Shown here piece by piece: positions 10,576 through 24,675 of a stretch of 64,000 nucleotides of DNA (position 1 is its first letter; every line of letters begins with the position of its first letter). The translations under genes and the position numbers were made by a program. Under the pieces are notes generated by a model. It did no database searches and had not been told where the DNA came from. It saw only the letters and a program-made list of their open reading frames with translations. The stretch is from contig NC_043006.1 in assembly GCF_006345805.1 (NCBI RefSeq), positions 98,704,001 through 98,768,000 on the forward strand. Reading direction: 5' to 3'. This DNA comes from Octopus sinensis. Taxonomy: Eukaryota.

Positions 10576-13262
10576 AATATTTTTATAAGTAGTAGATATT
10601 GTTTTTGTTGCTGTAGAAGTGTTAGTCCTCATAAAGTTAATACTCGCTGCAACCTCACGAGCGCAAGGAATAATTAATAAAATGGAAAACGCTGGACACA
10701 AAAGAGAAGCAAAAGTAGTGTTATTGCGTTGATAGTTTATTGGAAATGTAGAACGCAACGTGACACATCTTGATAAACCTATCAGCTATATTATATTTCT
10801 TGTCTTGAATATCATCAGTAGTCTATTTCTGGATTTAACTAGTGTGGGTGTTTGTACAATCCTGTATCGTATATCACATTTCGGCCATTTTAATATCTTC
10901 ACAAATACATTAACTGAAGGAGACAAACGTTATCATAACATTTCCTACATCACATAATACGTGAGGTTGTTAATATATAGAAGAGAACCGCATATACTCG
11001 AGGGGGAAATTAACGCATGAAGTTATTCTGATATATTTACGGTGAAGTGATAATAAACTCTGGTATTGACGCCGAGAAAGTATACAAAAATATTATCATT
11101 AACTAAACCAATATATTCTATTTTCTTTTCGCAAATTAGATTTTTATCATGCTAAAGAAAGATAGCAAACTCAAATGGACAATATTTATGACTTTTAACT
11201 TAAGAGTAGCAAAGTTGATATTCTGACACTAGAACATTCTTAATCACCACGGAACCGATGCCAGCATACCCAATAGTCACGTATACGAATTTATAGACAC
11301 AAATTATTGCTTAGATGGTTTATTCCCAAATAATTCTGCTTCCTTTTGAACTAGCACAAGCATTTCATAATGTTGGTGGATGGGGTGAAACACTCCTGAC
11401 ATTACCAATACATTTTGGTGTATTATTTCTTAACAGTATCAGGGAATGTTTTTGTAAGTTTGGATGTGAAATCTTGCTTGAGGGGCATCAATTATGCTTG
11501 GATTTTTAAGGAGATGGATACAAAACTTGCAAGTGTGCGTTGTGTTAATTTGTAGAGGCATATTTTGGATATGTTTCATTTCACACACGATACTAATTCT
11601 ACACCTACCTGTATCAATCTATTATTCTTATATAAATAGAAATGTTAAAATTTCTAAGTCTCTCTAAAGAAGACTACAACAGTGGTACTGGATCTTAATA
11701 GTTATCGCCAAGCTAATATGGTAGTCCAGAAATATAGGACGAATGCTGCCGTTGATTATCTCCAAGAGGCCATTGCCTGTAGATAGCTATGTGACACACG
11801 GACCTGTGTATATTATAACCTTCGAACAGGGGAGGTCAGCCGCTTCCTCTTGCTGGTCAGGCACATGCAGACTAGTTTCAGAGTATTTGCCCCTTATCAA
11901 TGCAGAGCAGCCGAGCCCGCAGGCATCGCTACAAGCTGTCTGTTCGAAGGATTATTTAAAATTCAGTGGATCCACTGGTTTTCAAAAATAGAAATGTGAA
12001 ATTTTCTAAGTCTCTGTAAAGGAAACTACGGCTATGTACTTGCAAAGATCAAGTTTTCTTTATGCTCCTCCAATCCTGTTTTGTCCGTAGGAGATGGTAC
12101 GCGTGAGACAGGAAATACATATGTATCTATGGAGAAGCATGTATACATATAGGCATATGTGTGTGTGTGTAATCAATTCAAATTGATAAGCAAAAATTAA
12201 AGCACAAGAGGATGAACACAAGAAATGTACAGCTTGACGGACGCTCGGTGAAAGAAAGTTCCTTGTTACGAACATAGCTCTTCATTGGAAAGGGTAAAAG
12301 AAAATGTCCAAAGCAGGAAACGAAATCGCCAACAGCATGTGTATAATTACATTTTTGAATACATACGAACACATATATCACTGTATATCATATACAAAGC
12401 TGTATATGATATCACTGTATATCATATACAATGCTGTATAATGTATATCATGCATAATAGTGCCTATATGTAAAATAATCTATTGTAAAATTTTATTGCA
12501 TGATCAATGGTGCCAACGAGGCGTAATCTTAAGACTGGTAAGTGATAAAAAATAATGTATTCACCTCTCACAACTCTTTGCATCATACAGTTTTTTGTAC
12601 AGTATTCTTCATGAAATAATGCCATGGATTTCAGGTGCACACAGCGCTGCATTATACTACCAACTATTGGATTAGATAAGATTTTAATAGCCCGGAGCGT
12701 TGGAGGAGCTTTGCTTGAGATTCACACGATTTTATGAATACATATATTACACTAAAACTCACACACACACACAGGCACACACATACACACATGCATTTGT
12801 ATATATTTAAATGGCTACGAAAAGGTGCTTGGCCTATTATATTCGTACTTAAAATATGCGATGCGCGTGGCCTCTTGTGATTTTGATATCTTGGCTATGA
12901 TTTTCAGCACATATATTTATGCGTGTGGGTAAGTGGCCTATGCATATATTCGTTTCAATATTTGCATTGAAGTGTTCTAAGCTAAAATAAAACTCAGAAG
13001 GATTAATAATACAATATGGAGGGAGATATATTCAACTTCGTTGTATTTGAGAAGGTATTCTCCCCCGTTTCCCTCCAAGCTTTTTAAATTGACTCTACAG
13101 AAACTTCATTGGTCGTAACGTTCTGCGCCAAGCTCGATCACCCACTGCATCTATCATAGAAGTCACAAAGCTGCTCATTTATATCAACAGTATTTATATA
13201 GGGAGTGTGAGAGAGCGAGATATTAAGACAGATGATAATTGAATAATAATGTACAGTAGATA

Positions 13263-13670
13263 GGCGCAGGAGGTGCTGTGTGGTAAGTAGCTTGCTAACC
13301 AACCGCATGGTTCCGGGTTCAGTCCCACTGCGTGGCATCTTGGGCAAGTGTCTTCTGCTATAGCCCCGGGCCGACCAATGCCTTGTGAGTGGATTTGGTA
13401 GACGGAAACTGAAAGAAGCCTGTCGTATATATATATATATATGTATATAAGTGTGCGTGTATATGTTTGTGTGTCTGTGTTTGTCCCCCTAGCATTGCTT
13501 AACAACCGATGCTGGTGTGTTTACGTCCCCGTCACTTAGCGGTTCGGCAAAAGAGACCGATAGAATAAGTACTGGGCTTACAAAGAATAAGTCTCGGGGT
13601 TGATTCGCACGACTAAAGGCGGTGCTCCATCATGGCCGCAGTCAAATGACTGAAACAAGTAAAAGAGTAA
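13263..13670 (+). mobile_element. SINE family A
   Basis: Full head-to-tail alignment with 1376..1788. Confidence 0.93.
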
Positions 13671-14169
13671 GCCTAGTGATTTCGCATTTAAAGCATTAGC
13701 TTATTCAGAGGTTGCTTCATGTTTTTGTTTTTCATTTATGTAACCAGACACTTCCATGTTTCAGAAACCTTACATCAAATTTATTTATCTGTTTTAACTC
13801 TTTCAAACCAATAGAATAATATGTTTTCCTTTATTACTTTTTTCTTTTCTAATACAGTAGCATTATCTTTCGTATTGTTTTATTGTGATCATGAAAACAT
13901 TACATTCTTATCGTACTTTAAATTTACATTCTCCTCTAATCGTGTTATTTATAAATAAGACAATAGATATTGAGTAGTTTGTGATACACTAAAGATATTT
14001 ACTGTGATTTTACGAGGATATTTCTTGTGTTTTTAATCTTTGTTCTTTCATAAAAATGATAGTAAAATATATCTTGACTATAGAGAATAGTAATTTCTAT
14101 TTTGATGGTACCTAAATTGCAACAGGAATCTTATATCCTAGTAGCGAATCAAATACTAGTACATATAAA

Positions 14170-14190
14170 TAGCATATGCGTGTATATATA

Positions 14191-14249
<59 letters not shown>

Positions 14250-14307
14250 TATATACATACATATATGCATACATATATATATGTTTGTATATAAATATTA
14301 TGTATGC

Positions 14308-14376
<69 letters not shown>

Positions 14377-14385
14377 TATATGAGT
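14170..14385. repeat. (TA)n-rich microsatellite block
   Basis: Directly visible; source of poly-IY ORFs. Confidence 0.95.
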
Positions 14386-16184
14386 TTTTCTTTCAGTTTC
14401 AGCACTTGTATATACTCACGTATGTAAGTTTGTATGTATACATACATATATGTGCAACACACTCACGATCACACTCATATATGCAGAGTTATAGAAAGGA
14501 ATGAAAATATACAAAATTCTACTTTTATTTATAACCGGACAGATTTAGCACACCGGTAAACGTTTGGAATCTGATCAGTAAATGCTCAACACCGACTTTA
14601 CACATCTCTGTTATACTCAGCTTTCAGCTGGTGGAGCATAGGAAAGCTAAATGACTTTTATTATTTAAGGCCTGAAATATACAAGTGTCTAAGTATGATA
14701 ATAATTCATATTCTACAAAGGGGTGAATATGCATTTTTCCTAACACAATGAAAATAAAAAGAAACATTTATTCGCACGATATTCTTGTCTTTATACACAT
14801 CTTGGTGAAAAATAATCTTATCTTCTGTGAGGAAAGTTTAAGAAGAAATAAAGGGATAGATATCGAATGAGATACGCACATAGATTATATAACACGAATG
14901 TACTCACCTACATTTAGAGACACTTTCACATAAACTAATAGAAAATATGTATTTGTAATACTATTATCAATATTTGCTACTTCTACTTTAAAAGTAGAAG
15001 TATATTGCAAGCCAGGGTAAAGAACATTTTCATCATTCAATCTGAATATCGAGAAGTACAAGCAGAAAGGTCTCAAATTATATATTTCACACTCGTACCC
15101 ATGTATAAGTTAGGAATATTCACATTTAAAACGTTTATAGCTGCGTGATATGTAGCATTAAAAACCGCATTTGTTCTTATAAGTTTGGCATAAATGTTTT
15201 CTCATAAATTTAATCCACTCGATAACTAGAGACTTGGAAACAGCTTACTAGTGCAATTGCAGCTAGTCGAGCACTCCGCATACGGATGCCGATAGGTTTT
15301 AGGGATCATAAGGGAAGTATGTGCATCGTTTCAGGGACTTTCTCTCGATGAATTTGCAGCACACAGGGCTGCTCACATGTTGTGAAGCCTCCATCTACTC
15401 TTTTCACTGACTAGTTTTCGACCTGAAGTCCATTTCAGGGTCTCCTCCTCTCCAACCAGGTTTCAGCCTTATCCAATGCGTGGACCTCTTAACTGTCGAT
15501 TAGATCGCCTCCAAGATGGCGATTACTTGCTGAGTTTGGAAGCAAATACGTAACAGGCACCATATAGGTCTGATCCCCCCAAAATGCCTACATACGTACA
15601 CCTACAGGAAATTGTAGAGCACCCCAACCAGCACCTATAAGCTGTTTTAGTAGCGTCTAGTAGACTTCGTCTTTCCTCACCTGGGCTGCATCTGTATTAA
15701 ATTCACGTGGAATATTTGATTAAACAAACTGATTTACCTTATGTTCCACACACACTATTGTCATAGCCAGGTCCTTCCACGTTCGGACTAGAAAGAAGTA
15801 TTCGGGCCGTACAAGATCTAATGCTACCTCCAGTACTTTATGAAATATAATATGAAAATAAACCCTGTGTGAATAGCACAAAGTAAAATATTTTCACGGT
15901 GGTAAGACTAGAGGTCATTGTGCGCAGTAACATACTATATTCATATATGTTATTTTATATGTGTGTTCACTGTTAGAGAATTGAATTGAAGGCCTGGATT
16001 CCAATTTTCCGCAACAAAGAAAATCCAAAACTAATCAGAAATTTTAAATTTGTAATAGCAATAATAAACTTTACCATATTAGGCAAAAATATTATAAAAC
16101 TTTTGTGTGGTATGTACGAAATATTTTAACAAATAAAAAATATTGTTACCACGTATATAAAAGTTCTGACTGTCGTGTCATGTT

Positions 16185-16185
<1 letters not shown>

Positions 16186-16277
<92 letters not shown>

Positions 16278-16324
16278 TTAACAACAACAACAACAACAAC
16301 AACAACAATAATAATAATAATAAT

Positions 16325-16360
<36 letters not shown>
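16186..16360. repeat. (AAT)n/(AAC)n microsatellite
   Basis: Directly visible. Confidence 0.97.
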
Positions 16361-16362
<2 letters not shown>

Positions 16363-17464
16363 CGAATTGTTTATAGTTGTATGTTCGAAAGAGAATATCA
16401 TTTGATTTTTATTAATTTAAGAAAAAAATGTAAAAAATATAGATAGGATGTGTTCATTTCTGCAGAAGATATATTTTAATGAAAATATCACGCTACGAAG
16501 ATATTTTCTGATTAATTGCATAAAATTTAGATATTTTATCCGTACATGACAAATTTCTTACAGAAAATATTACAGAAAATGTGTAAAAAAGAACATATGC
16601 AGAGAGCAATATTTATTGGGGTTGTTGTGTTCCTAAATTTGATTAAAACATATACAATTGATTTCTATTGACTGGAAATGTTATAGCATCGGCAACATCA
16701 ATTATCCATTCACTGTAAAATTATATTTTCATTTTCGTTTAAAATTTGATTGATATTCGATTTCCTAATGAAAATGAGATCGATAACAGCATTTGTACCA
16801 ATCTGCCAACATTTTCTCAATTTGCATTCACTCCTATTCATATTAATGTCCTCAATCACAATAATTTTTGTTTTTAAGAATTTCTTGCAAATCCAACATT
16901 TTATTCTTCAAAGCCAAAGGGAATTCTTATCGTGTTTTATGACATTGCAAGTCGCGAAATCGAATTCAAAGTGGGTGAAATTAGTTCCAATTTTAATAAT
17001 CTAAACAAACAAAATTCATATCAATAATAAACACACACCAAAAAACGGCCATATTTTGAGGCATGAAATTTATGGTTTGCATAAAAAAAATATTCGTTCT
17101 GTTAATGATCTCATGGTGGTTTAATCCGGAATAGAAACAGGTTTTCTACATCTAATAGAAATCACATACGATTAAAATTCTTTTTGTTTCTTTCCCTTTT
17201 TAAGGAAGGTAATCTGCTACATGAATTTTTGCAAATATCTTACTCGTAACAAATATCTTTCTCGTGCAATTATGTTTAATGGAGCAGATAAGTCATGATT
17301 TTACAGTTTAATATGACAGGCATAAGATATGCCTTGATTGGCTTGTCAAAAATGAAATAAATGTGTTAAATATATTAAGGTGAACATTTCTTTCAATTTT
17401 CTTCATGTCAGAGTAAACTGAATATCATTTGTAAGTGAGCTCTATAAGTGAATGTATATTTACT

Positions 17465-17514
17465 TGCGTACATACGTATGTATGTATGTATATATATACA
17501 TATACATGTATGTA

Positions 17515-17546
<32 letters not shown>

Positions 17547-17567
17547 CATATTTATATATATACATGC

Positions 17568-17599
<32 letters not shown>

Positions 17600-17619
17600 A
17601 TACATACATATATACATAC

Positions 17620-17656
<37 letters not shown>

Positions 17657-17717
17657 CATATATATATATACATATATATATATATACATATATATATATA
17701 CATATACATATATATAT

Positions 17718-17774
<57 letters not shown>

Positions 17775-17817
17775 CATATTTATATACATATACATGTATA
17801 TATATATATATATATAA
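17465..17817. repeat. (TA)n/(TACA)n microsatellite block
   Basis: Directly visible; source of several poly-IY ORFs. Confidence 0.95.
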
Positions 17818-17904
17818 AAATTTAGCAATTAAGGACAACTACTTAATAAGGAAAACTTAACAAGAAATTGTCAGGTAGATAGCGTAAAAAATATATATAT
17901 ATAT

Positions 17905-18346
17905 TCTTTTACTCATTTACACTTTTACTCTTCTAGTTGTTTTAGTCATGAGAGTATAGCCATGCTGGAGCACCGCCTTTAATCTAACAAATCTAACCCA
18001 GGACTTGTTGTTTGTAAGCCATGTACTTACACTATCTGTCCCTTTTGTCGAACCGCCTACTTACGCAACGTAAACACACCAGAATCGGTTGTCAAGCGAT
18101 GTTGGGTGGTGGGGGGACAAACACAGAGACACAAACATATACATACACATACACATATATATATATATATATATACATATATACGACGGGCGTCTTTCAG
18201 TTTCCAACTGCCAAATCCACTTACAAGGCTCTGGTCGGGCCAAAGCCATAGTAGAAGACACTTACCCAAGGTGCTACGTAGTGGGACTGAACCTGGAACC
18301 ATGTTGTTCGTAAGCAAGCTACTTAACACACAGCCACTCCCACGCC
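17905..18346 (-). mobile_element. SINE family A, older and more diverged copy
   Basis: Reverse complement aligns with family A, with many substitutions. Confidence 0.88.
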
Positions 18347-18394
<48 letters not shown>

Positions 18395-18896
18395 TGTACA
18401 TATCTACCAAATTATGTACCTGTATTATTGTATTATTATTGTTATCATTATCATCAATGCAATAATATTATAGAATCAAAATAACCTTATTATCAACCAA
18501 CTTGGTTTAAAATATAGATGGAGGGACAAACCCAGCTACCATCAATAACTTGTTTTCGGTTTTTTTTTTAAATATGAGCTATATTTTCCCATGTACGTGA
18601 CTGAATTCCAGTTAAGTTGGACATGTCAATCTTCATCATAATATGTACACAACAGTTATTAATGCTGAATCCCATTGTTGCATTCTCAGTAAATACCCAT
18701 AAACTGCTCATTAAAGTGTCTGTTTTATTTTCATTCTTGCCCAAAAATAAGTGGCCGATGTTTTCTTAACCTGTTTAAGATACGGATTATAGGAAATAAA
18801 CTAATTGAAAATAATTTAAAAAATGAATATCTTCTGGGAATATTTCTCTGTCTTTCTCCAAGTTTCTTGCCATTTAATGCGAAGTTAGCTTCCCAG

Positions 18897-18925
<29 letters not shown>

Positions 18926-18928
<3 letters not shown>

Positions 18929-19311
18929 TTACTCTTTTCCTAGTTTCAGTCATTTGACTGCGGCCATGCTGGAGCACCGCCTTTAATCGAGCAACTCAGC
19001 CCCAGGACTTATTCTTTTGTAAGCCAAGGTCTCTTTAGCCGAACCGCTAAGTAACGGGGACATAAACACACCAGCATCGGTTGTCAAGCAATGCTAAGGG
19101 GACAAACACAGACACACAAACACACACACGCATATATATACATATATACGACGGGCTTCTTTCAGTTTCCATCTACCAAATCCAATGACAAGGCTTTGGT
19201 CGGCCCGGGGCTATAGTAGAAGACACTTGCCCAAGATGCCACGCAGTGGGACTGAACCCGGAACCATGTGGTTGGTAAGCAAGCTACTTACCACACAGCC
19301 ACTCCTGCGCC
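18926..19311 (-). mobile_element. SINE family A
   Basis: Reverse complement aligns head to tail; the tail merges into (CT)n at 18901-18927. Confidence 0.92.
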
Positions 19312-19689
19312 TATACACTATTCTTCAACCATCTGCTTTAAATATATGTAAATATTTGAGGATTCAGTGAGGTGAAATTATATCAAACGTATTTTTATAA
19401 TCAACGAAGGCAGTGTGTGCATTATCATGCAGTATAAAAGTGTTGTATTATGCATGAATAGTTAGTCTGAGCTTGGTTTTTATCCCCATCCTTTAACTTA
19501 ATCTGGCAATATTGTAGTGGGGTGCTGGTAAATTTCTCCGGTTATTACAGTGATCACTAGTACTGTCATAATTATAAAACAAATCATGGGTTTCTGTTTG
19601 CAGACTTCCTTTAATTCTCTTTTATTTGCATTATGAGAATTATAGTACTCTAATTTTGTGCCGCTGTCTCACGTAATTTATTTGAGATT

Positions 19690-20120
19690 ACATTATTTAT
19701 ATTCGATGGTCGACATAATCAGTAAACATTCAAGCCAGGTTTCCCATTTGGTAATACCTTCCTCATTCCCTCCCAATAATCAAGGTGTTCCTGAATCAGC
19801 TCGGGGTTACTTTTTCTCACCTGGCGAAAACCATAAGTAAAAGAATGCATTCCGTCCCGATCCTGAAACTTCTAACTGCTTAACATTTCTGCTGGTTTCT
19901 CAACGTTTGCGATTGTTTAATTTAAAGAGATATATTTAGCAAACTTCTCATTCATTTTCTTTCTATTTAACAACCAATTTACATCTTTAATACGCTTTGC
20001 TTTTACTCACATTTTGACACCCAGAAGGAGATTATTTCCTCAGGCTAGTTCTTTTAATACGAGTTTTTTTTTTAATCCGTGCCTTCAGTGAATTCCCGAA
20101 CTTGCTCCGAATGTCTATAT
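19690..20120 (-). mobile_element. Possible highly degraded CR1-group LINE RT fragment
   Basis: Minus-strand remnants G.D...VLKELA.EI (~20040-20085) and YGFRQVRK...L..H.D (~19790-19845) occur in the order expected for CR1-type RT (GPD..LKEL; HGFR..RS..L). Frameshifted. Confidence 0.4.
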
Positions 20121-20741
20121 GCAGTGATTTGATTTTGCTAGTAGTTTACTTCATTGAAACTCATTTGCGTAAAATGTATGCTATGCCTAGTACGGTTCTT
20201 CACTATATGTGAGACAAATTTGTAAATCCTGGCATATCGGTTACGTACTAGTTTTCATCGTGCCCAAGACACCTTCACATTTTGCGGGTTGTTTCTCCAA
20301 TATTCGGTTTATCTCTTTTACTAAATATCTGCATTTGGAGAGTTGTGTATTAATTTATGAGATTCATTATCATCTGGCGGGACAGATATGATTATTGGGA
20401 GGTAGTGCAGTCTCACATTCACTGTTAATTAAAGGCGGTATCGCTAAAGCGGGAGGAAAATACCAATTGAGATTTGTACCGATATTAACGCGCTGATGTC
20501 CTATTCTGCAAAGTTTAAAATTTCTGGTTATTACACCTGGTTGATAAAATGAAAAGTCAGCGAAGTACTTGTGCTGATGTGGTGGACTTGCTCTTTCCCT
20601 TTATAATTACTCCCCGTGCCAATATTTGAAGTAATTACGTCTACTAAAATTAATGCGGAGAGTAATACTGTTACTATTGGTCTTGAAGCTGCTGGTGTTA
20701 TTCTTAGTATTAAGGTTATAATTTTTACTATTATTATTATT

Positions 20742-21235
20742 GAGTGAGAGAGCAGCATTACAACCCGTCTGGTAATGTTACATGTACATCCATCACAGCC
20801 ATACGCGCTCGATACGGCGACTTCATATCAAGATAAATTGTTCATGACTTTGCAGGTGGATCCCAGTTAGAATATTTTTCAGGTCGAGTGGCGCATCCTA
20901 CTCAAAAGGTTCCTGAAGAGGGTTTAAGGATGATGACAGTAACAATTATGTTTTCAGAGCTGAATTATTCTAATCCCAAAGAATTCCTCTCAAACACATT
21001 GTTATGATGCAAGTCCACCAACACTTCCTGTGTTCAGAGATGCACATATCATCAGCCACTAAAAGACATGGTCTGACGATTTAAGTCAAGCAATTGAAAA
21101 GCAAATCTGAGGTATTGAGCAGAATATTTTATGTAGACCATCTTTTATACCAAGTCAAAACAAGTACATATTAATATAAAAAAAAACACAATCAGTAAGG
21201 GCTTTGAGAACTTCTGCGTAGTATTCCACTGGAGC
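20742..21235 (-). mobile_element. Unclassified repeat family C, diverged near-full copy
   Basis: Aligns with 9798..10335; begins right after (tta)n with gagtgagagagcagcat and ends near ggagcatgattgttatta. Confidence 0.72.
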
Positions 21236-21437
21236 ATGATTGTTATTAGTATTATTAACCCATTAGTGCCCATTTTTTTATTTGAATTATTACCAAAAAT
21301 CCTAAATATATCAAAAAATGTATTACCATATTTGAAAAATACTCCAGTCTTGATTACTAACTAAAGATATCTCAGAAAAATATCGGTGTTGCAGAAATAT
21401 GAAGGTTTCTTCTACTGGTAGCAGAACGCGAACCATA

Positions 21438-21637
21438 GGCGCTAAGTTAAGACTCCGGGCCAAAACTCAACGGCAATTCTTCTGTCTTTGCTTTCTGAGT
21501 TCAAAGTCCATCATGCTCGAAATGGCTTTCATCATTCCAGGGTCAATAAAATAAGTAACCTTGTGCACTGTAGTCGATGGAATCGACTATTCCTCTTCCT
21601 CATATTTTAGGTATTGTGCCTATAGAATAAATTATTA
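21438..21637 (+). mobile_element. Old SINE family B copy, tail type 2
   Basis: Remnants ttctgagttcaaagtcc, ggctttcatcattccagggtcaataaaataagta, gtcgatggaatcgact and tail ggtattgtgcctatagaa. Confidence 0.6.
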
Positions 21638-21641
21638 ATGC

Positions 21642-21658
21642 TGTTGTTGTTGTTATTG

Positions 21659-21716
<58 letters not shown>

Positions 21717-21727
21717 CATCATTATTA
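21642..21727. repeat. (GTT)n/(ATT)n microsatellite abutting the LINE 3' end
   Basis: Directly visible; reads (TAA)n on the LINE sense strand. Confidence 0.95.
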
Positions 21728-24384
21728 CTTTTTTTTTCTTCTTTCAAATTTTCTTCCATTTTTTGCCGAGTGTCTTCCCGACTCCTAGGGCAAAGAAACT
21801 CATAGTGTATATTGGTAGGCCATTAAACCAAACTCAGTATTTCGTTCATATTTTTTTTTTTTTTTTAAGTTAAATTAAAATACATGAGCAGCAACAGTTC
21901 TCACATCGACAATGCTCTTCTCAATACGTGTGATGTACCAGTTAAGACAATCTTTTGCACTTCTTGCAGGGATGGTAAGCCAGGGATCATTCTCATATAA
22001 TTTTCGGTTCCCTTCTTGATCATTCCTAGTGCTCCTACGATCACTGGTATTGTAACCGCCTTGAGATGCCACATTTTCTCAATTTCAATGAGTAGGTCTT
22101 TATATTTTCTGAGCTTGTCAAACTATTTCGCTGAGATATTATGATCACAGGGGATGCTCATGTCGATCAATAAGCAAACTTTATTGTTTTGGTCTTTCAC
22201 AACAATATCTGGTTTATTGGCCTTGATGGTTCGGTCTGTATGTACTGGAAAGTCCCACAGAATGGTTACATTTTCTCCTTCAGTTACAGCCTCAGGGTGG
22301 TGATTATACCACTTGTCGGCAGTTTTGATATTGTAATGCCGACTTATTAGCCAGTGGAGATATTGGCCAACTTTGTCATGTCTTAATTTATACTCCGCTG
22401 GTGCTAAGACTTTACATCCAGAGATTAGGTGGTCCACTGTTTCAATCATGTCGTTGCAGAATCGGCATTTTGGGTCTGCTCCATTTTTCATCACATTGGC
22501 CTGGTAGTTCCGGGTTAATAGGCTTTGGTCTTGAGCACCCAGGATGAAACCTTCGCTCTCTGCTTTTAGCCCTGAGCTCTGCAGCCACTGATGGGTTTGC
22601 TTCTGGTCAACATCAGCTTGTTTGCTGCGGGTCACATATTTGCCGTGCAGAGGTTTCTCCTCCCACCTATCAGCCAATTGCTCGTGCGCTTTTTTCATTG
22701 CCATCATTTTCACCTTCTTTGCAACAATAGTTGCCGTACTTCCCTCGGGTTGTTCAGTTTGGGTATCCTGCACGAGATCAATAGCAAATTTTTTGCTTTC
22801 CTTTATAATAGAACTAGCAGTATCGCCCGGCGTTGCTCAGGTTTGTAAGGGAAATAACTATAAAGCATTTTTAGAGAGTTATAGCCAAAAAATAGCAAAA
22901 AATGGAAAAAAATGATGGTAAATTTTTTTTTGAGATTTAAAAAAGGTAGAGTTGCGTCCCCTAGACAGTTTGTGGTTCGTATTCCTGATTCTCGACCCCA
23001 TGTCGAATTTATCGATTTTTTTCAGAACTGGGGGAACTTTTCAAAATTTTCGCTGCGTTAGTTTTGAATTATGACATTGGGCTATGTGTGTGTCAAGTTT
23101 CATCAGAATCGGTTGAAAGCCGTGGTCAGGGTGAGGGTACAAGCAAACAGACACACAGAAACACGCACAGACAAACTGCCGTTTATATAGAGAGAGATGA
23201 AGCTTCTTTCGTCTCTCGTGATTTTCCACGAGCTTTAGCATCCAGTCATTCGATATTTCGAGATATTTGGCCAGTCCAATTGTGGTTGTTTTGTAAGCTA
23301 GTTCAAATTGGATCAGGCCTCGACCTCCTTGGGCTCTGGGAAGGTAAAGGCGATCTACGTCTGCCTTTGGGTGGTGCATCCTATTACAACTCAGCAGCTT
23401 GCGTATTTTTCTATCTATATTCTTTACTTCACTCATATTCCAGTTCAACACATTGTAGCTATAAGTAACAACTGGAACTGCTAAGGAATTTATAGCTAAC
23501 ACCTTGTTACGTGCAGTTAGTTCAGATTTCAGGACTGCACGAACTCTCCTATAACATTCCTTCCTGATCTTCTCTTTCATGCTTGCATGCTGAATACCAG
23601 AGCCTTCATTTATCCCTAAATATGTGTATGTTTGTTCTTGCTCAAGCTCTCTTATGACTGTGTCAACATCTAACACAACTGAATTTGTGGTCTTCACTTT
23701 CCCTTTCTGGAAAGTGGCCTTGGCACACTTCTCAAGTCCAAACTCCATCCCGATGTCATCGCTGAATGCTTTCACGGTGCGCAATAGGCCTTCAAGTTCA
23801 TTATTGTCTTTACCAAAAAGTTTTAAGTCATCCATATAAAATAGATGGCTTATTTTTTTATTGGCAATTTTATACCCATACCCTGTTCTGTTTAATTCCC
23901 TTGTAAGGGGTATTAGGGCTATGCAGAATATTAAAGGTGAAAGTGAGTCACCTTGAAAAATTCCACAGTTGATGTTTATATTTTCTGAGGCAAGTACTCC
24001 ATTAGAGTGGTATAATTGGAGATTCGTATTCCACAACGACATATTGTGCTTCAGGAAGTTTGAAATCACAGGGGAAATTTTGAAGATGTCCAGCGATCTC
24101 AAGATCCATGGATGCGATATACTGTCGAAGGCCTTTTTATAGTCAATCCATGCGGTGCTGAGATTTCTGCGCTTGTTGTGACAGTTCTCAAGGATCATAC
24201 GATTGATTAGCAGTTGATCTTTGCATCAGTAAGAGCCTCGGCGGCACCCTTTTTGTTCAATGGGGAAAATATCGTTCTTCTCCATGAATGCATATGTTTT
24301 CTCCGCCAGGATAGATGTTAGGATTTTATACGTGGTGGATAGACAGGTTATAGGCCGATAGTTTTTTGGAAGGTTGGTTTCGTT
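21728..24384 (-). mobile_element. 5'-truncated R4/Dong-clade non-LTR retrotransposon (RT + CCHC + restriction-like endonuclease), interrupted by a Helitron
   Basis: RT motifs NYRPITCL, EQKGCR, DYKKAFDS, GIFQGDSLSPLIF, LFYMDDLKL, FGLEKC, YLGI. C-terminal LHGKY, AQDQSL.TRNYQ, CRFC...ETVDH..SGC, RHD, ILWD...NKPDIVV...LID. Nonsense codons at 24226-24228 (TGA) and 22123-22125 (TAG); true stop at 21901-21903; 3' end runs into (TAA)n. Confidence 0.93.
22814..23197 (-). mobile_element. Non-autonomous Helitron (384 bp)
   Basis: On the minus strand: 5'-TC...hairpin (cctgagcaacgccggg)...CTAG-3', inserted between A and T with no TSD. Removing it restores the LINE frame KKLH|SIIKESKK. Confidence 0.9.
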
Positions 24385-24675
24385 ATGATGATGTGGAGGA
24401 TGGTGGTGGTGTTTGTGGTGGTGGTGGTATTAGTGATGGTGGTTAATAAGATTATGGTTGATACGATAATGGTTAGGCATGTTGCTGCTTTGGCATTGTA
24501 ACTACAAATACCTTCATAGAAAATTTTATTAACTTCTTGTCACCGCCACCTCTGCTATTACTGTCGCCGCAAATGATTTTACTGCTGTTACTGCACCTAC
24601 TGCTGCGGCTGCTGCCGCTTCTACTGATGGTGTTTGTGATGATGATGACGACGATGATATTTGTGATTCTGACTG
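24385..24675. repeat. Low-complexity (GAT/GGT/CTG)n-rich tract at the LINE 5' junction
   Basis: Directly visible mix of trinucleotide repeats. Confidence 0.75.

Noticed and set aside
11819-11950. 11-bp inverted repeat (ccttcgaacag / ctgttcgaagg) around a GC-richer 110-bp core, inside a loose ~50-bp direct repeat (11636, 11989)
   Set aside because: An 11-bp match within a few hundred bases is expected by chance a few times in 64 kb; no TSD and no second copy seen.
15280-15835. GC-richer segment with faint RTE-like peptide (LVSEKSRWR) on the minus strand
   Set aside because: Probably an old retroelement, but the motifs are too degraded to support a call.
16690-16960. IIVIEDINMN...IDLIF on the minus strand, resembling a LINE AP-endonuclease motif
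   Set aside because: Only two short, imperfect motifs; insufficient without a profile search.
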